Below, piece after piece: positions 61,893 to 64,000 of a stretch of 64,000 nucleotides of DNA. This stretch comes from Lachnospiraceae bacterium. Lineage in GTDB: Bacteria > Bacillota > Clostridia > Lachnospirales > Lachnospiraceae. The position numbers and the translations under genes were made by a program. The notes under the pieces are model-generated. The model worked only from the letters and a program-made list of their open reading frames with translations, was not told the DNA's origin and searched no databases. Every line of letters starts with the position of its first letter. The first letter of the stretch is position 1. Where the stretch lies: the NCBI GenBank assembly GCA_017457865.1, contig JAFTGN010000095.1, forward strand, positions 20,062-84,061, read 5' to 3'.

Positions 61893-62753
61893 TCATTCCT
61901 CTGTTTCAAAGAGTATCCCCAGTGTATTGGGACCACAATGACAAGAAATGGTACAGCTGGCTCTGGTGGCATAGATATGGTCAAAATGCATCACCGATTC
62001 AATAGTCTGGCGCACCAGTTCTACATATTCTTCCGCAATACCAGAGTGGGTAATAAAAATTCGTTTGGAATTGATATGATCATACTGTGCCAGCTTGTCC
62101 TTTACATATTTGACAAGGACAGCATCTAATTTTCCACGATACTTCTTTCCCACCTGCATGTTGGCAGAAGAATTATCCACTTCAATACAAGGTTTAATAT
62201 TGAGCAGGCTGGCTCCCAGCGCAGTGACAGAGGAGCATCTGCCTCCAGCACTCATGAATTTTAAAGTATCTAAAATAAAGCTGGAATGCACCAATGATTT
62301 GCGCCGTTCCAGTTCTGCAGCAATCTCTGCCGCACTTTTCGTCCCTTCTGCAATCATTTCTGCCGCATCCAGTACCAGATGACCGATTCCGGTAGACAGA
62401 TTGCCAGAGTCAATGACATATACCCCTTCCAGTTCTTCTGCGGCCATCCGGCAGTTCTGATGGGCGCTGGAAATACCACTTCCCAGATTCAAATGAATGA
62501 CCTGATACCCTGCCTCTACCCAAGGGGTAAAGTAGTCCACATACTCCTGCACATTAATTGCTGCTGTTCTGGGCAACACTTTTCTGTCATAGTACGCCTG
62601 AAAGATTTCATCTGGTGTGATGTCTACATTGTCCCTATATTCTGTTTCTTCCAGAATGATATGAAATGGATAATAGTTCACCTGATAGGCTTCTTTCAGT
62701 GCATCTCCCAAATCGCAGGTACTATCGGCACTTAAGATCATCTTCTTTTCCAT
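61893..62753 (-). CDS. DegV family fatty-acid-binding protein
   Basis: ILSADSTCDL N-terminus and HSGI/DegV pattern. The ATG at 62753 is preceded by GGGAGGAG. Confidence 0.8.
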   Translation of the reverse strand: MEKKMILSADSTCDLGDALKEAYQVNYYPFHIILEETEYRDNVDITPDEIFQAYYDRKVLPRTAAINVQEYVDYFTPWVEAGYQVIHLNLGSGISSAHQNCRMAAEELEGVYVIDSGNLSTGIGHLVLDAAEMIAEGTKSAAEIAAELERRKSLVHSSFILDTLKFMSAGGRCSSVTALGASLLNIKPCIEVDNSSANMQVGKKYRGKLDAVLVKYVKDKLAQYDHINSKRIFITHSGIAEEYVELVRQTIESVMHFDHIYATRASCTISCHCGPNTLGILFETEE

Positions 62754-62877
62754 GTGTACACTCCTCCCATTTTGACGCCAACATCCCATCTTGCTATGTG
62801 CAAAAGGGGACTGTCCAATCTTTTTCCCAATGGAAAAATGTGTTCTGAACAGTTACCCCCTTCAAACTTTCTGTGTG

Positions 62878-64000
62878 TTATGCCGTCTCCTCCGCAAAAT
62901 TGCCGGTATACAGCTGATAATATTTACCCTTCTTTGCAATCAAGTCATCATGACTGCCCCGCTCAATGACACAGCCACGCTCCAATACCATAATACAATC
63001 ACTGTTTCGTACAGTAGACAGACGATGGGCAATGACAAAAGTGGTTCTGCCTTTCATCAGCTGGTCCATCCCCTGCTGTACCAGTGTCTCGGTACGGGTA
63101 TCAATGGAACTGGTTGCCTCGTCCAGAATCAGCACAGGCGGATCTGCCACTGCGGCTCTGGCAATGGCAAGAAGCTGTCTTTGTCCCTGACTTAAGTTGG
63201 CCCCATCTCCGGTGAGCATGGTATCATAGCCATTTGGCAGTCTGCGGATAAATCCGTCTGCATTTGCCAGTTTTGCTGCACTGATACAGTCTTCATCTGT
63301 GGCATCCAGGCGTCCATACCGGATATTTTCCATCACTGTACCGGTAAACAGATGGGTATCCTGTAATACGATGCCAAGAGAACGACGCAGGTCAGCCTTT
63401 TTGATCTTGTTGATGTTGATGCCGTCATAACGGATCTTGCCATCCTGTATGTCATAAAAGCGATTGATCAGATTGGTAATGGTAGTCTTACCTGCACCGG
63501 TACTGCCTACAAAAGCAATCTTCTGTCCCGGTGTAGCATACAAATCCACATGATGCAGGACAATCTTCTCCGGTACATAACCAAAATCCACATCATCAAA
63601 CACCACATCTCCCTGCAGCCTAGTATAGGTAATGGTACCATCTGCCTGATGAGGATGCTTCCATGCCCAGATACCGGTTCGTTCTGCGGACTCTGTCAGA
63701 GAACCATCCGGATTTTCCTTTGCATTGACCAGTTCCACATAGCCTTCATCTACTTCCGGCTCCTCGTCCAGCAAACCAAAAATACGGTCTGCACCTGCCA
63801 GTGCCATGACCACGCTGTTCATCTGCTGGCTGAACTGGATGATAGGCTGAGAAAAGCTACGGTTCAATGTCATAAAGGACACCAGCATACCCAGAGATAA
63901 GGTAGACAGCCCATGGATATTTACTGTAGTCACCTGACTAAGCGCCATCAGCGCACCAATCACGGCACACAGCACAAAGCTGATATTTCCCAGATTGGCA
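62878..64000 (-). CDS. ABC exporter, fused permease/ATPase (MsbA-like), C-terminal part; 5' end lies beyond the window
   Basis: Walker A GSTGAGKTT, signature LSQGQRQLL, Walker B LILDEATSSID. The TM-domain sequence continues to the window edge. Confidence 0.8.
   Translation of the reverse strand, partial: ANLGNISFVLCAVIGALMALSQVTTVNIHGLSTLSLGMLVSFMTLNRSFSQPIIQFSQQMNSVVMALAGADRIFGLLDEEPEVDEGYVELVNAKENPDGSLTESAERTGIWAWKHPHQADGTITYTRLQGDVVFDDVDFGYVPEKIVLHHVDLYATPGQKIAFVGSTGAGKTTITNLINRFYDIQDGKIRYDGININKIKKADLRRSLGIVLQDTHLFTGTVMENIRYGRLDATDEDCISAAKLANADGFIRRLPNGYDTMLTGDGANLSQGQRQLLAIARAAVADPPVLILDEATSSIDTRTETLVQQGMDQLMKGRTTFVIAHRLSTVRNSDCIMVLERGCVIERGSHDDLIAKKGKYYQLYTGNFAEETA

Overview
This looks like a 64-kb chromosomal segment of a Clostridia / Lachnospiraceae-like Firmicute, judged from the gene content, AGGAGG-type ribosome-binding sites (RBS) and a T-box leader. 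No organism identification was computed. I call about 55 protein genes, most on the minus strand, plus one tRNA-Thr(CGU). I saw no rRNA, CRISPR array, transposase, integrase or phage genes.

Housekeeping genes:
- pheS/pheT behind a T-box leader, topB, asd, proC, def, rlmH and asnA
- upp, a uracil permease and ybaK
- an NfnAB-like oxidoreductase pair, putP, mgtE, degV and an ABC exporter cut by the window end

Accessory or unusual patches:
1. Two GtrB-like GT2 genes interleaved with three paralogous polytopic membrane proteins (300-7815).
2. An Lsa/ARE-like ABC-F gene (7898-9424).
3. Two small islets of NTPase, nuclease, Fic and EVE-type genes (15.8-18.7 kb and 26.7-30.8 kb).
4. A translationally coupled operon of an M50-like membrane metalloprotease, an arginase-fold protein and an AEC permease (18999-22106).
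5. A metal-related neighbourhood (56.8-61.7 kb). It holds a COG0523/CobW GTPase with a roughly 170-aa His/Cys/acidic insert, a second P-loop protein fused to a DUF1980 C-terminal domain, and a membrane protein with a His/Cys-rich loop.

The most distinctive non-coding signal is a family of five dispersed long-hairpin repeats, each about 155-200 nt. Their stems differ between copies but stay complementary. There are also two smaller repeat or hairpin families and several structured leaders (uracil permease, mgtE, pheS).

Every functional call is motif recognition by eye from the supplied translations. No database search, alignment score or RNA folding was run.
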